DNA of 64,000 bases from Felis catus (taxonomy: Eukaryota): NCBI RefSeq assembly GCF_018350175.1, contig NC_058373.1, positions 102,922,001-102,986,000 of the forward strand, written 5' to 3'. The notes below the pieces were generated by a model that was not told the origin of the DNA, did not search any database, and saw only the letters and a program-made list of their open reading frames with translations. Positions 1 through 11,349 of this stretch are shown piece by piece (the first letter of the stretch is position 1; the number at the start of each line of letters is the position of its first letter). The translations under genes and the position numbers were made by a program.

Positions 1-1199
1 TATGGATCCTTGATGTCAATCATCAATTGTCATAATCCTCAAATGCACTTGCTTAGTCTTTCCCCACATTCTGCATCAACAGCCTGTAGAGACAAAGCCT
101 GCGTATGAAGAAGGCAGTGTTTAACCTCCCTAATTAACGGCTTTGGATGAAAGAACATCTCCAAGGTGCTCAGAGGAAGAGATTCTAAGGAGATTTATGC
201 ATCTCTCTTTTAAGATGCTTTGCATGCTGTGTATAATTTGCAAGTACATAAGGAAGTGAATGCTCAGAATATAATATTCAGAGCTCATCTATTTATGTTT
301 GTATTTATTAAGTTCTTTGTAAATCTCAATTTAGCAGATGTCTTCTGACTCAAAATAAAGCTCTTCATGAGGGAGTCAGTGTGGCTGTACAACAAAAGTC
401 ACATTATCATTTGAGTACAAATATTTGCAAAATAGAACAAACTGGAAAATTGAGGGAAAAAATACCCACTGGAATTTGTGACTCATTAAATTCTCATGTG
501 CATGACATATTGTGAAAAACTTTGTTCAGTTCTTGGTTCAAAGGATTCATTTCCTCCTCCCTTCTTGGCTTTTGGCACTAATAAAAACTTCATGGGAGTG
601 TGTGTGTGTGTGCACATGAGCACGTGCACAAGCATGACACGCTCCACTCTTTTCATATTAGAATGTATTTCTAGAAGACGTTATAATGTATGTCTGTTGT
701 ATTTCATGTTCTAAGGTCCCAAAAGCACATGGAAAGGTCACTAGTCCATCAGCAGACATTTTCTCTGAAGGGGCATTACCATGGGTTGTGCTCATAACAG
801 CCTGAGCCTCACCCACGGCCAAATTCTTGTCCCTACAGAAACTTCTGTGTCTGTTTCATGAGACATTTCTCCAGTCGCCACCTCCTTCCTCTCTTCTGAA
901 CTTGCTTGTTCTGCCACTAAATGCCATTCTGTTACTCCATGTGTGATACCAGGTTATCTCAATTCTGGTTTTAGTTCAAGATGTTGACATTCAGATCTCT
1001 ATCAGCTTCATGTTTTGTAACCTATGGGAAGTCTTGTCTCACCTCTGCATTTATCTGAGGCTTAAGAGGTCCTGGCTTTTCCAGGAGGTAGATTTAGGCA
1101 GAAAGTGACACCAAGATGGAAAAACATATCTCTCTAGGGCTTCAGCCTTACAAGGCTAATTGTGTTCACCCAAAATAAAAGTCCCTTATTATGGTGTCT

Positions 1200-1450
1200 C
1201 CACCAAGGAAAGGATCCAGATAATTTTCAGTTTGGTTTATATTTTTGGCGTCTGTTACCTCTAGAGCCAAGAATTCCATAAGTTTACTACCCGCTGTGTA
1301 AAGTAATACTTACTTTTACTTCTAAGATATTATTCTTCAAATCTTGGTTAGAGAATTCTGAGGCTCTGGACCTTGAAGAATCCATTGCCATTTTTCTGGA
1401 TTTATAAGTATATATGAGTTACTTTCAGTATTTCCTTTCATCTTTGAGTT
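1200..1450 (-). mobile_element. CR1/L3-type LINE, ORF2 C-terminal remnant
   Basis: Minus-strand translation of ~1312-1208, with one frameshift, gives KYYFTQRVVNLWNS/LALEVTDAKNINQTENYLDPF. This matches the CR1-clade ORF2 C-terminal motif F(T/S)xRVVxxWNxLPxEVVxAxxxxxFKxxLD. Upstream boundary uncertain. Confidence 0.6.
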
Positions 1451-1804
1451 TATGGATTTGAGAATCTTATTTATTATCATTGTTTTACACTTTTCCTATT
1501 CATGAAATATGTGAATACAGATGCCTGGCCAGCAGTTCTTTCTATAGGGTATTTAGAAAAGAACTGCTTTTATTTGTAGTTGCCATTAGTAGGAAATGCC
1601 TCTGTTTGAGGTTCAGTCTCCTCACTCATTGTCTTCTCCAAATAAACTCCCCCACCATGTCTCACATCCATGTTTCTTTGTCCTGAATATTTGCCTGAGG
1701 CTTATACTGTATGATACTGCATTTATCTTACTGAAGCATTTTTTTTAATGGACTGTCAATTGTTCTCTCCCTAGTGGCACATTGGTAGGGGGATTTATAT
1801 CTTA

Positions 1805-1960
1805 GGAATCTTCCAAGTAGATGTAGGAAGTAAGCAGTTGGATATTAAGTTCTGGAGATCAAAGGGAAAAATCACAGGTAAATATAGAATTGGAGTCATC
1901 AGCATTATATGGTATTGAAGCCATGGGAATGGATAATATCCCACAAGAAGATAACATAGA
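1805..1960 (-). mobile_element. L2 LINE fragment
   Basis: caagtagatgtaggaagtaagcagttggatattaagttctggagatc...ttggagtcatcagc resembles antisense L2 consensus. Confidence 0.7.
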
Positions 1961-2679
1961 GGGCTGAGGGAAATGTTGGTGTAATTCAACTCACAATATG
2001 GCAATTCTGCATAGCTGATGTTCTGCTCATCTTTTGATAATTCTTTTTTTGTTCGTGTCTTTCCTCACTGCCTTTCATTTTCTAGTACCGAATTTCTTAG
2101 TCACTCTCAAATTTTGATTTTTAAGTTTAGTTGGTGGTTTCTTTCTTGGCAATTACGGTTCATTGAAAATATTGTCCAGAAAGTCTTTTCTTCCTCTCTG
2201 GGAGTCAGTTAATAACTATGCCTTTCCAAGAGCCTCTCCATTCCCTCCCACCACTGCTTCTTCTCTCACCTGGTTCAGAAATCCTGAAGAGAGTTGAACA
2301 AGAGTCACCGGTATCTCAGGATTAGCCAAAGTAATAAGGTCTAGTAGGCAAATATTTCTCAGGACCATGGTCAGCAGCACACATGTCCTGATTTCTATTC
2401 TTCTAATATTTAGTCCTTGCTGTACATGTGAGTCTCCATCTTCAGACCCTGGTCTCAGTCATTGTTTCTGCCTTTCTAGGGCAAACTAGCGGTGTCTATG
2501 TGGATAAACCATATTTCTCAGTGTTCTGCCCTGCTCTAGCCCACTATCATCTCTTCCTTAATCTTTATCAAAAGTCCTGGGAAAGTTGAACATGAGTTAC
2601 TCCTAATATAGTAAATTGCCACATAGAGAAAACTTTATGTAAGGGCACACATGTAATGTGTATGATAAGTTCAAGTTTT

Positions 2680-3383
2680 AGCCAAGAGAAAATGGTTCTT
2701 CCGTATCTCCCAGTAGGTCTTCAGTTTGTGGGAGAGAGAAATGGACAAAGACTTTTAGAGAAGAGTAGCCATTGAGAGATGGCCAGGGAGGGGAAAAAAA
2801 TGCTCTTGGGACACAATTTTACCAACTGATTTACCAAGAAAGAACCATATACCAACCACAAATGAAATTTAACACCAAGGAGGGTTAAGAAACTCAAGAA
2901 GGAAAATGTAAGATCTGTAGTAGGTTCTGCAAACAGAAAGAGTTATTTTAGCCTCACTCAGTTAGGGATGAAACTTGATGTCATGTTGAGGTCCCTAAAA
3001 ACATGTAGAATTGCTTGAGCATGAGCTCTGTGGTACCTCACAGGATGCATTCAGCAATAGCTTCAGCTCTGAAGCAAGTGGAAGATCCCAGCTGCTTTTA
3101 GGATCGTCCTAATGTGGAATGGTGTTTAATCTTGGGTTTAGTGTTCATGGTCAGAGAGATGCAGACTCTGCTAAGTGACTTATAATTGTGTGCATACTGT
3201 CATTGGTGTGTCTCTGGAGGCATTCTTGTGAGTTTACAGAAATTTCTTAATGACTCTGTAAGAGATTTGGTGAGGTTTAGGAGTCAAATGATTTGATTAC
3301 ATGATAGCTCCCTGCTCTGTTCCTACACCCTAAATTAGAATATATTCTGGACTATTTTCAATATTTTCAATTCATTGCTAGTT

Positions 3384-3433
<50 letters not shown>

Positions 3434-4400
3434 TTTATGGTAAAATGAGAATGCCTATTTTCAATTTGATAGAAAAGGCCACCCAGTTCTCCAGCAAAAA
3501 ATAACTCTAAATTCACTTAGTAAAAACAAATTCTTATTAGGGCTTAACTGTAGTTGAAGGGTGGTGAGGGATAAAAAGAAATCTCTGTAGAGTCAGCAGG
3601 ATTGTCCAACAAGCTTAAATTCATTGCCAGTATTCACTACCGAGATCTCATAGGATTCCATGGAAATAACTGGTGCATACAGCCCTGGATCCTGGCACTG
3701 TGCTCTTGGTGGCTTATGTCAAGTCAACATCAGTTCCTGCTTGCCAAACTCCTGCTCAGCTGAAGATCTGCAATGTTCATTCTGTGGGTGTAGTCCAGCC
3801 CTGTAATTGAACATAGCAATAAGAACCACCTTTGGGATGCTATCAGAGTGAAACTCCACCCATAGGTGATGCCTGGATTTAATCTGCTACCTAAAGGGAT
3901 ATTTCTTTAATAATCTGAAGGTGCTGTGTGCCTGGGAAGCTATAGCCTTTTTTTTTTTAAGTCCTCTTGTCCTTGTGGGGAAACTTATATCCCAGTTTCA
4001 AGTTTGTCCACCATAGCAATCTCAGCATCCCTCACAACCAAGCCAGCCCAAGATTACCACCAACATATTTGAAACAGTCCATTCTTACGTGTAAATCTTC
4101 CTGTATTGCTGATAGATTTCATTGGTAGGTATGCTACAAGCTAAACTATGGTCTCCTCTAAGTTTCCATAGAGTTTTAGGTGGAGAGAAAAAAACCTCTG
4201 GTAGCATTATATTATTCACATAGAATCAGTTTCCTGATCCATTGCATGAAACAGAGTACACAGTGGGACAGATTTTCTTGAATGTGTCTCCCTTCCTCAT
4301 CCAATTACTACCCTTTGGAGGCAGGGATACTGGGCTTATTGGGCCAGCTGCCCTCAAGATAGCACAATGGCATGAGATGAAAAGAGTGGACCCTTTCCAG
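2680..4400 (-). mobile_element. Fossil Ty3/Gypsy integrase region (MamGyp-int-like), degenerate
   Basis: Ordered minus-strand motifs: LH..GGNLG..LRLLWW (4109-3990; Zn-domain GGHLG..WW), ITGLDYTHR (~3807-3781; VDYxTR), GI/YEISVVNTGNEF (~3659-3617; GIPxEIxxDxGxxF), LRNFCKL (~3249-3229), DDPKSSWDLPL..LLNASCEVPQSS (3108-3022; WDxxLxxxLFAYREVPQxS), KVFVH../HKLKTYWE../EEPF (~2755-2690; GPY/F-module-like). Stops and frameshifts throughout. Confidence 0.65.
3385..3428. repeat. (GT)22 microsatellite
   Basis: Perfect GT dinucleotide run. Confidence 0.98.
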
Positions 4401-4639
4401 GCTGGGTGTTACACATAGTCTTTAATCTGGGGAGCCACATTATAGGTACTGTATCCTAATTATTGCCTTGCAAGGATTAACTAGGTACGTGTACTAATCT
4501 TTGCCTTCCCTCCTATCAAAGATCACCTGCCTCTTTCTTAACAATTCTGTTCCTTCTTTTGCCTCCACTCTCTCCTACATCACCAGCTTCACTCTCTTGG
4601 CTGGCAGTTCCAATCAGCATATACATATTCTCTAAGATC

Positions 4640-5536
4640 TTGCATGTTGAAAAACTTTCCTTTGACCCCACTTGTCTGTTTCCTTGAATAGCTGAACTTT
4701 TGGAATGCATTATCTATATTTACTATCTCTGCTTCTTTACTTCTTATCTGTACTGTAACTCTAGGCAAGTTTCTGTGCCAGCACTCCACTAAAACTGGTT
4801 TCCTTTCACTAAAAATGATCTCCTTAAAGGTTGTCAATGTCTTCCATGTTGCCAATCCAGAGGACTGTTCTCTGCCCTCATCTGATTGAACTTTTGAGCA
4901 GCATCAGCCACTCCATTTGTTAGTTGGTTGATCATCCTCTTCATCTGCCAACACTTTAGGCTTTGAAAGCCCTAGATTTTCCTGTGTTTCCTCCAACATC
5001 ACTGGCCATTCTTTCTCAACCTCTTTTGCTGGTTACTCCTCCCATACTTAATATCTAAATGTTGGCACACCTTGGAGTTCAGTCGTGTGCTCTTTTTTTC
5101 CTACTCATACTTTTTTTTTCTGATATTTTAATATATTCCCTGGTTAAGTCTAACTTAGACCTATGCCCTGTGCTTCTTACTCACATATCCAGTCACTTGC
5201 CATTTCTTCCCTTTAGAATGTCCGACTTCTTAAACATAATGTGTTCAAAACTGAGTTTCTTTCTCTCACAAACCTAATATTCCTCTAGTGTTAACCTTCT
5301 CGGTAAATGGCACTACCAAACTCTCAGTTGTTCAAGCCAAAAGTATAGGAGTTATGCTTGATTTTCCTCTTTCCTTCAACTCTCCCTATGTGTTATTTAT
5401 CAGCAAATCTCGACTCTACATCCAAAGTGGATTTAAAACCTATCTACTTCTTCCAATCTGCATTATTACTACTAGGTCCAAGTCATCATTATTACAATGT
5501 TTTGTTGAATAAATGAATGATTGAATAAATGAATGA
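4640..5536 (+). mobile_element. L2 LINE 3' part
   Basis: Typical L2 sense sequence ending in the tail ttgttgaataaatgaatgattgaataaatgaatga. Confidence 0.85.
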
Positions 5537-5599
5537 GTAATTGTCTCTGGAAATGATACTATTCTAGAGCCTTTTCAATATCAGTTTGCTTTTACTCTG

Positions 5600-6250
5600 C
5601 TCAAAGATTTTTCTCCCATACCTGTATGATTTCCAAGCAAGAAAAAGCAAAGTACTAACTGCCCAAGCATCACATTTTGTATAAAGCTTGAAAGCACTAT
5701 ATTTAGAAAAAGTTGGCAGACATAAGCTCTTAAGTCCAATTACATTCTGGCATAGTGAAAGTACTAATGGAGACAGTGGGCTGTAGTTGATATCTGGACA
5801 GGGAGTTTCTGATCATTTGTATTATAGATGTCTATTAATAAACAGTCAGTTTTTGGAGAATAAAACATAGCAAATAAAATTTAGTAGATTGAGGAAGACC
5901 GACTCTTTTGGCTAACCTGGATTCACTCTATTATGAAGAATATTGATCATAAAATCTGATTTGATTTGGCAAGTCATATCATTAAGGAGTAGCCATGTAG
6001 ACAGGCAATCTTACTTATGATAAATTAGACTCCTGCTATAAAATTCTCTAAGGTAAACAAATACTGAGTAAGGATTGTGATCTGCCTCTTTGCTGTAGGC
6101 CAGGAAGTATAACTCAGTCAAGTGCATGTCCACACTATTATGTTGTATCCAAATCTGCATTTTGATCCTGGACACTCACAGCATTGTCATTGTAATACAG
6201 TTATTGAACCCAAAGGAATTTGGTCAAAATGATGCTACCAATTTGATGTT
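5600..6250 (-). mobile_element. Fossil Gypsy RT C-terminal half and RNase H start
   Basis: Minus strand: HFDQIP/FGFNN (~6232-6200; MPFGLxN), ADLD/NIIVWT (~6158-6127; YLDDIIV), SVFVYLRE, RVNPG*PK (GVxPDPxK), CNWT*E, and SAFKLYTKCDA (5698-5666; RNase H PFxLxTDA). Confidence 0.6.
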
Positions 6251-6786
6251 CTTCTGTTTTTAAAAAATATTTCTTATATTAATATACTTTTTTAATATAT
6301 ATAGTTCTGTGGATTTTTAAGCCATGTAATATGTGCACCCCCACTCAGGGTACAGATGGTTGCACCACCCCACCCCAAAACATTCTGTTGTGCTTTTGCA
6401 GAATGTGCAAACATTCTGTTTGTTGCATACATTAGGAGTTTGTTCCTTCTTCTTGATGAGTGTATTCTATTGCGTAGATATATCACGTTCTATTTATTTG
6501 CCAATTGCACTGGCTAAGTTTCCTGACTGTGAATAGGACTAGTTAGAGTGGACATCCTTGCCTTATCCTAGTATCAAACATTCAGCTTGTATCATTAAAT
6601 ATGATGTTAACTGTAGGTTTTTTGCATATGCCTTTTATCAGGTTGAGGAAGTTCCCTTGTATTTCTAGTTTGCTGAGAGTTTTTATCACAGTGGTTAGTT
6701 TTTTCAAATGCTTTTCCTGTATCAATTGATATGATCATGTGGTACTTCTTCTTTAGGACATCAACATGATGGATCACATGATTGAG

Positions 6787-7275
6787 TTTTATTATTTTTT
6801 TCTAGTTGATAGTTTTTTTATGAATATAATTTATTGTCAAATTGGCTTATGTACAACACCCAGTGCTCATCCCAACAAGTGCCCTCCTCAATGCCCATCA
6901 CCCATTTTCCCTCTCCCCCATGCCCCCATCCACCCTTAGTTTGTTCTCTGTATTTAATAGTCTCTTGTGATTTGCCTCCCTCCCTCCCTCTCTGTTTGTA
7001 TCTATTTTTTTCCCCCTTCTGTTCCCTCAGGGTCTTCTGTTCAGTTTCTCAAGATCCACATATGAACGAAAACATGTAATATCTGTCCTTCTCTGGCTGA
7101 CTTATTTCACTCAGCATAATACCTTCCAGTTCCATCCACATTGCTGCAAATGGCATGATTTCATTCTTTCTCATTGCCAAGTAGTATTCCATTGAATATA
7201 TAAACCACATCTTCTTTATCCATTAATCAGTTGGTGGACATTTAGGCTCTTTCCATAATCTGGCTATTGCTGAAA
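6787..7275 (-). mobile_element. 5'-truncated carnivore/felid L1 3' end, nested in older L1
   Basis: aatttattgtcaaattggcttatgtacaacacccagtgctcatcccaacaagtgccctcc is a diagnostic carnivore L1 3' end, preceded by a T-rich tail. Confidence 0.92.
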
Positions 7276-7435
7276 TTTTAAAATTGAACTAGACTTATAT
7301 TCCCTGGATAAATCCCCCTGGGTCATAGTATTTTATTCTTTATATGTATTGCTTGGATTCAATTTACTGATATTTTGTTGAGAAATTTTGTATCTATGTT
7401 TTCATGAGGAATATTGGTCTTTATTTTCTTTTATT

Positions 7436-7621
7436 TTTTTTTAATATGAAATTTATTGTCAAATTGGTTTCCATACAACACCCAGTGCTCATGCCAACAG
7501 GTGCCCTCCTCAGTGGCCATCACTCACTTTCCCCTCCCTCCCACCCCCCATCAACCCTCAGTTCATTCTCAGTTTTTAAGAGTCTCTTATGGTTTGGCTC
7601 CCTCCCTCTCTAACTGCTTTA
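7436..7621 (-). mobile_element. Short L1_Fc-type 3' end
   Basis: aatatgaaatttattgtcaaattggtttccatacaacacccagtgctc...; TSD attttcttttatt at 7423-7435 and 7622-7634. Confidence 0.92.
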
Positions 7622-9101
7622 ATTTTCTTTTATTCTCATTGTCTGGTTTGGAATCAGGGTAATGGCCTCTGGCCTCATAATGTGGTGGGAAGTGTTCTCT
7701 GCTCTTTTACTTTCTAAAAGAGATTTATAGAATTTGCATAATTTCCTTTTTAAATGTTTGGTAGAAATCACCAGAGAAGACATCTGGATCTGAAGATTAT
7801 TTTTTGGGGGAGGTGTTTAACTATTAATCAATATCTTAATAGTTATAGGACTGTTCAGGTTATCTATTTCATCTTGTGATTAATTTGTGTTTTGGGGAAA
7901 ATTTGTCCATTCCATGTCAGTTATCAAATTTATAGGCGGAGTTCATACTATTCCCTTATTATCCTTTTGATGTCTGTGTGTCTGTGATGATATCCCTTCT
8001 TTCATTCTTGGTGTTGATAATTTGTGTCTTCTCTATTTTTTTCTTTGTGTCTTGTTGGAGGTCTATCAGTTTTATTTATCTTTTCAAATAATCAGCTATT
8101 TGTTTCACTAATTTTTTCTCTTGTTTTTCTGTTTCAATTTCATGGATTATTGCTCTTTATTATTTCCTTCCTTTGGCCTGCTATGGTTTCATTTAGCTAT
8201 TCTTTTCAAGTTACTTAAGGTAGGACCTCAGATTTATCTATTTGAAACCTTTCTTCTTCTCTAATGTAAGCTTTTAATGATATAAATTTCCCTATAACTG
8301 CTTTAGAGGCATCCTATGAATTTTAATGTGTTTTATTTTTCCCTTTTACTCAGTTTAAATTAAAAAAAAATATTTCCTTGAGATTTCCTCTTTGAACCAG
8401 GGATTGATTATTTACAAGTGTGTTGTTTAATTTGCAAGTGTTTTTGAGGATTTTTCTATTATGTTTCAATTACTGATTTCTAGTTTAATTCTGTTATGGT
8501 CAGAGAACTTGCTTGCATGATTTCAATTCTTCTAAATTTGTTTAGGTTTATTTCTAAATAAATGATAAATATTCAATGTGCACATGAAAAAATATGTATT
8601 TTAGTGTTACTGTTTTCTGAATATTTTTAGATTTACTGGTGGCACTCAGTACTCTATATATTTACTGATTTTCTATCTACTAATTTTATCTATTCTACAG
8701 AGAAGTGTTGAAATCTCCAAACATAATTATGGGTTTTTTTTTCCTATTTCTTCTTTCAATTTTGTCAGTTTCTGCTTCAAGTATTTTGAGGTTGTGTTTG
8801 TAACTGCATGTACATTGAGAAATGTATGTCTTCTTGGTGAACTGACCCTCTTTATTACTGCATAATGTCCCTCCTTATCTCTGATAATTTTCTTTGCTCT
8901 GAAGTTACTTTGCATGATATTCATATGGTCACTTTATCACTGTTGTTTTCATTAGTGCTCACATGGTATAACTTTTTTCATCCTTTTACTTTTGTATCAC
9001 TTCTTGTGTCACTTCTAGTATCATTATATTTGAAGTGAGTTTCTTATACATAGTATAAAGCCAGGTAGTTGTATTTTTTCTTCTAACAATCATCGTCTTT
9101 A

Positions 9102-9340
9102 TTTCTTTAATTTAATTTAATTTAATTTAATTTTTTCCTTAAAGATTAGTTTATTTTTTCATATCTTAGGGGAGGGCAATTTTAATTGTTGATACTGTTT
9201 CTTTCTTAATTATTCATTTACTGCGGTTTTTAAAAGCCTGAAGCAATTTTGATACTTATGTTTTTCTAGAAAATTATCCATTGTACGTAAGATTTCAAAT
9301 TACACATAAAGTTGTTCATTTTATTTTGTTACTTTTTAGG
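9102..9340 (-). mobile_element. Orphan retrotransposed insert (orphan transduction or retrocopy 3' end)
   Basis: TSD taacaatcatcgtcttta (9084-9101) / tgacaatcttcatcttta (9341-9358), 15/18 identical. T-rich (TTTAA)n tail 9102-9136. Minus-strand AATAAA at 9150-9155. Confidence 0.65.
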
Positions 9341-9520
9341 TGACAATCTTCATCTTTAAAGTACATGTAAAATTAATGTAATTACTGATATGTTTGGATT
9401 TAGGTTAACCATTTTATTATTTGTTTTTTTGTTTGTTCTCCATGTCTTTTGTTCCTATGTTTCTCCTTTCCTGCTCCTTCTGGGTTATTTGAACATCTTT
9501 AGTACTCCATTTTAATTCTA

Positions 9521-10470
9521 CTTTTGTTTTGGAAGATGGTGATCTTTGTGTCATTTTTTGAAATACTGTCACAGGAAATATTGTTCATTGATGTTTAAAG
9601 AGTTTCTTAAGTAATTTTTTTATTTTATAGCTGAATAAAATTGAGAATGAAAGGGGCTTAAATGTCTTACTCAAAGTCACCTTGATGGTAAGGAGGGGAG
9701 TTAGTAGGCCAGTCCCCATCTAACTCCAAAGACTATGTTCTTTCCATGACAACTTTCACATATTTGGCATACAAGACTTCAAGATATAGGATTTTGCTAA
9801 TTATCATGGCTATGAAATTTCTTGACTGTTAAAAAAATGATCAATGTAAAACACATTTTGCGTTATGGCAGATAATCCATTTTCCATCAGCTGCAAGTCT
9901 TGTGTGGGAAAGTCACCCCCGCCCCCGACTTGTGACTAGGAAACTTACAGATCACAAAACTTTGGTTAAAGTTCCCTGCCAATCTGTCCCCAGCTATAAG
10001 TAATACTATACTACTAGTTTGGATTTATTATAGATAGTTTAGTTGTACTTAATCATTCTCCCTTTCTTTTACTCCAGATGTTGTATCCCAGTATCTCTTG
10101 AGCCTTATTGTTATATTGGGATTGTATATTGATACAGTGATCTATTGTCCCCATTTTTATTGGCTCATAAAGCTTCATAAAGAGCAGATGGTGTATATTT
10201 GCTTCTGACGTTAAGTCCTATGACTCTGCCAGTGGATGTTTTTATAATGCCTGCTGTATTTATCAAGTAAACAGTGTTGCCAAGAGTCACCCACTTGCTG
10301 TTTATGCTGGGTATTCAAGCTCCAAGGGATGCTGTAACTACACACTCTGTAAGTTTGGCATTTTCCAGGAACTTTGTGTTAGGTAGTAGAGATGGTCCAT
10401 TAAGCCACTTAGATACCATGCATCCATTTTATTTTGCTGGTGATAATCAGGAGATGGTCCATTTATCATG
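9521..10470 (-). mobile_element. Fossil Gypsy protease and RT N-terminal half (interrupted by a MIR)
   Basis: Minus strand: INSKWVT..YLINTAG (10305-10249; IxG..LIDTGA), QEILGYN (~10100-10080; ILGxD), ADGKW..FYID (~9892-9840; DGxxRFCxD), SLNINEQYF/ISKNDTKITIFQ (~9602-9529; SLDLxxGYxQ..DxxKTAF). Confidence 0.6.
9620..9752 (-). mobile_element. MIR SINE fragment
   Basis: attttatagctgaataaaattgag...tcttactcaaagtcac is an antisense MIR core. Confidence 0.65.
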
Positions 10471-10554
10471 AGGCATACATTTTGATTTGATTATCTGAAT
10501 GTGTTCTGCCCTATTTAATAATACTGTTTTCGATGTTAACAAAGGAAAAGGAAA

Positions 10555-10775
10555 CAAGCATTTGTTGAGTGTGTACTACATAGAGTTACTTTGCATGTAT
10601 TATTTACAGTAATCCTCTCAATGAATCTGAAGTATAGATACATTTTTACAGATTATTTCGCAGATTATGTAATTTGTGCCACAGAGATTAAGTAATTTAT
10701 GCAAGACCATATAGGTTAGAATTGGGGGAATGATATCCAGTTTAAACTACAGGACTCCAAACTACATAAGCATTC
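10555..10775 (-). mobile_element. MIR SINE
   Basis: catttgttgagtgtgtactac...acagagattaagtaatttatgcaagacc is antisense MIR. Confidence 0.7.
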
Positions 10776-10924
10776 TGGTAGAGCAAAGTATCTGCTTTAC
10801 CATCTTTTCCCCATGCTGGTTGTCATTAACCATATATCTCTAGAAAAATTCTGCCTTTTCCACTATTTTAGATCAGACTCATGGTTTTACTTCTATGCCA
10901 TAAAAAATAATAACCAACAAAAGC

Positions 10925-11150
10925 AAAATAGTATAATGATTGATAGTTACAGACTTTGGAGTTGGACTGTCTGCGTTCAGACTCCAGTTCTGCTATTTAT
11001 GAGCTGTATAATTTTGAGCAAATTATTTAATTTCTCTGTGCCTCAGTTTCCTCTTCAATAATAATAGTACTTACCTCAGAGGCTTGTTATGAACACTAAA
11101 TGAATTAATATTTGGAAAGATCTAGAATAGTGCCTCATACATTACAAGTA
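10925..11150 (+). mobile_element. MIR SINE
   Basis: agactttggagttggactg...aatttctctgtgcctcagtttcctc...tagaatagtgcct. Confidence 0.9.
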
Positions 11151-11174
11151 CTACACACATATGCTTGTCAAATA

Positions 11175-11340
11175 ACTAACATTTGTCTGTCATTGATTGT
11201 GTATGGGGTTCTCTGTTAAGCACTTTAGATGTAATACCAAATATGTGGAAGGTACTATTATTATCTCCATTTTATGAATGAATATACCAAGACTTAGAAA
11301 GGATAACAGCTAGTCTAAGACCATACTACAAGTAAGTTCA
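11175..11340 (-). mobile_element. MIR SINE
   Basis: ggtactattattatctccattttatgaatg... is an antisense MIR core. Confidence 0.75.
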
Positions 11341-11349
11341 TTGTGGAAA

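Larger units (their letters stand above)
6261..9520 (-). mobile_element. Old LINE-1 (L1M-class), 3' remnant plus ORF2, with three nested insertions
   Basis: ORF 8727..8924 (FRAKKIIRDKEGHY..SKYLKQKL) is the L1 ORF2p endonuclease domain. Candidate TSD cttctgtttt (6251-6260) / cttttgtttt (9521-9530). Confidence 0.9.

Noticed and set aside
1500..1795. Minus-strand peptides resembling a Gypsy RT start (PYQ..KKML, IER..GQASVFT)
   Set aside because: The region fits a CR1 continuation about as well, and the element's RT is already placed at 5.6-9.9 kb. Probably over-reading.
8727..8924. ORF with clear protein similarity
   Set aside because: Decayed L1 ORF2 endonuclease fragment, not a host gene. 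The same applies to 12334..12537, 13946..14272 and 35216..35482.
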